A stretch of DNA of 64,000 bases from assembly GCA_040954595.2 (NCBI GenBank), contig CM082580.2, positions 4,020,783 through 4,084,782 on the forward strand, read 5' to 3'. Below are positions 63,972 through 64,000 of the stretch, one piece after another. The translations under genes were made by a program, and so were the position numbers. The notes under the pieces are model-generated. The model saw only the letters and a program-made list of their open reading frames with translations, had not been told where the DNA came from and did not search any database. This DNA comes from Balanoglossus misakiensis (Eukaryota; Animalia; Hemichordata). Positions within the stretch are counted from its first letter, which is position 1. Each line of letters opens with the position of its first letter.

Positions 63972-64000
63972 GTCAGTATGGCAGATGGCATGACAGTACA

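Overview
Eukaryotic, intron-rich, AT-rich animal genomic DNA; an invertebrate, plausibly a marine deuterostome such as a hemichordate (inference only). Left to right: a complete ~27-exon POLR3B gene (minus strand); head-to-head with it, an intronless 309-aa orphan gene (duplicated hydrophobic unit plus coiled coil); a solitary U1 snRNA gene with a PSE-like element and a divergent loop I (minus, not visible in the ORF track); a 3-exon sFRP1/2/5-type Wnt antagonist (minus) followed upstream by ~9 kb of non-coding, motif-rich DNA; mitochondrial OSGEPL1 (plus, 8 exons, one GC-AG intron); a 10-exon ~520-aa gene with an unusual Ubl-Ubl-vWA(MIDAS)-polybasic-CaaX architecture; and the 5' part of ANKAR, which runs off the window. 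Introns carry at least seven families of non-autonomous DNA transposons (TTAA-, TA- and 9-bp-TSD MITEs). The best candidates for undescribed biology are the predicted prenylated di-ubiquitin-like/vWA protein, the orphan membrane/coiled-coil gene and the variant U1. Exon boundaries were assembled by eye, and family calls come from recalled sequences; no database searches were run.
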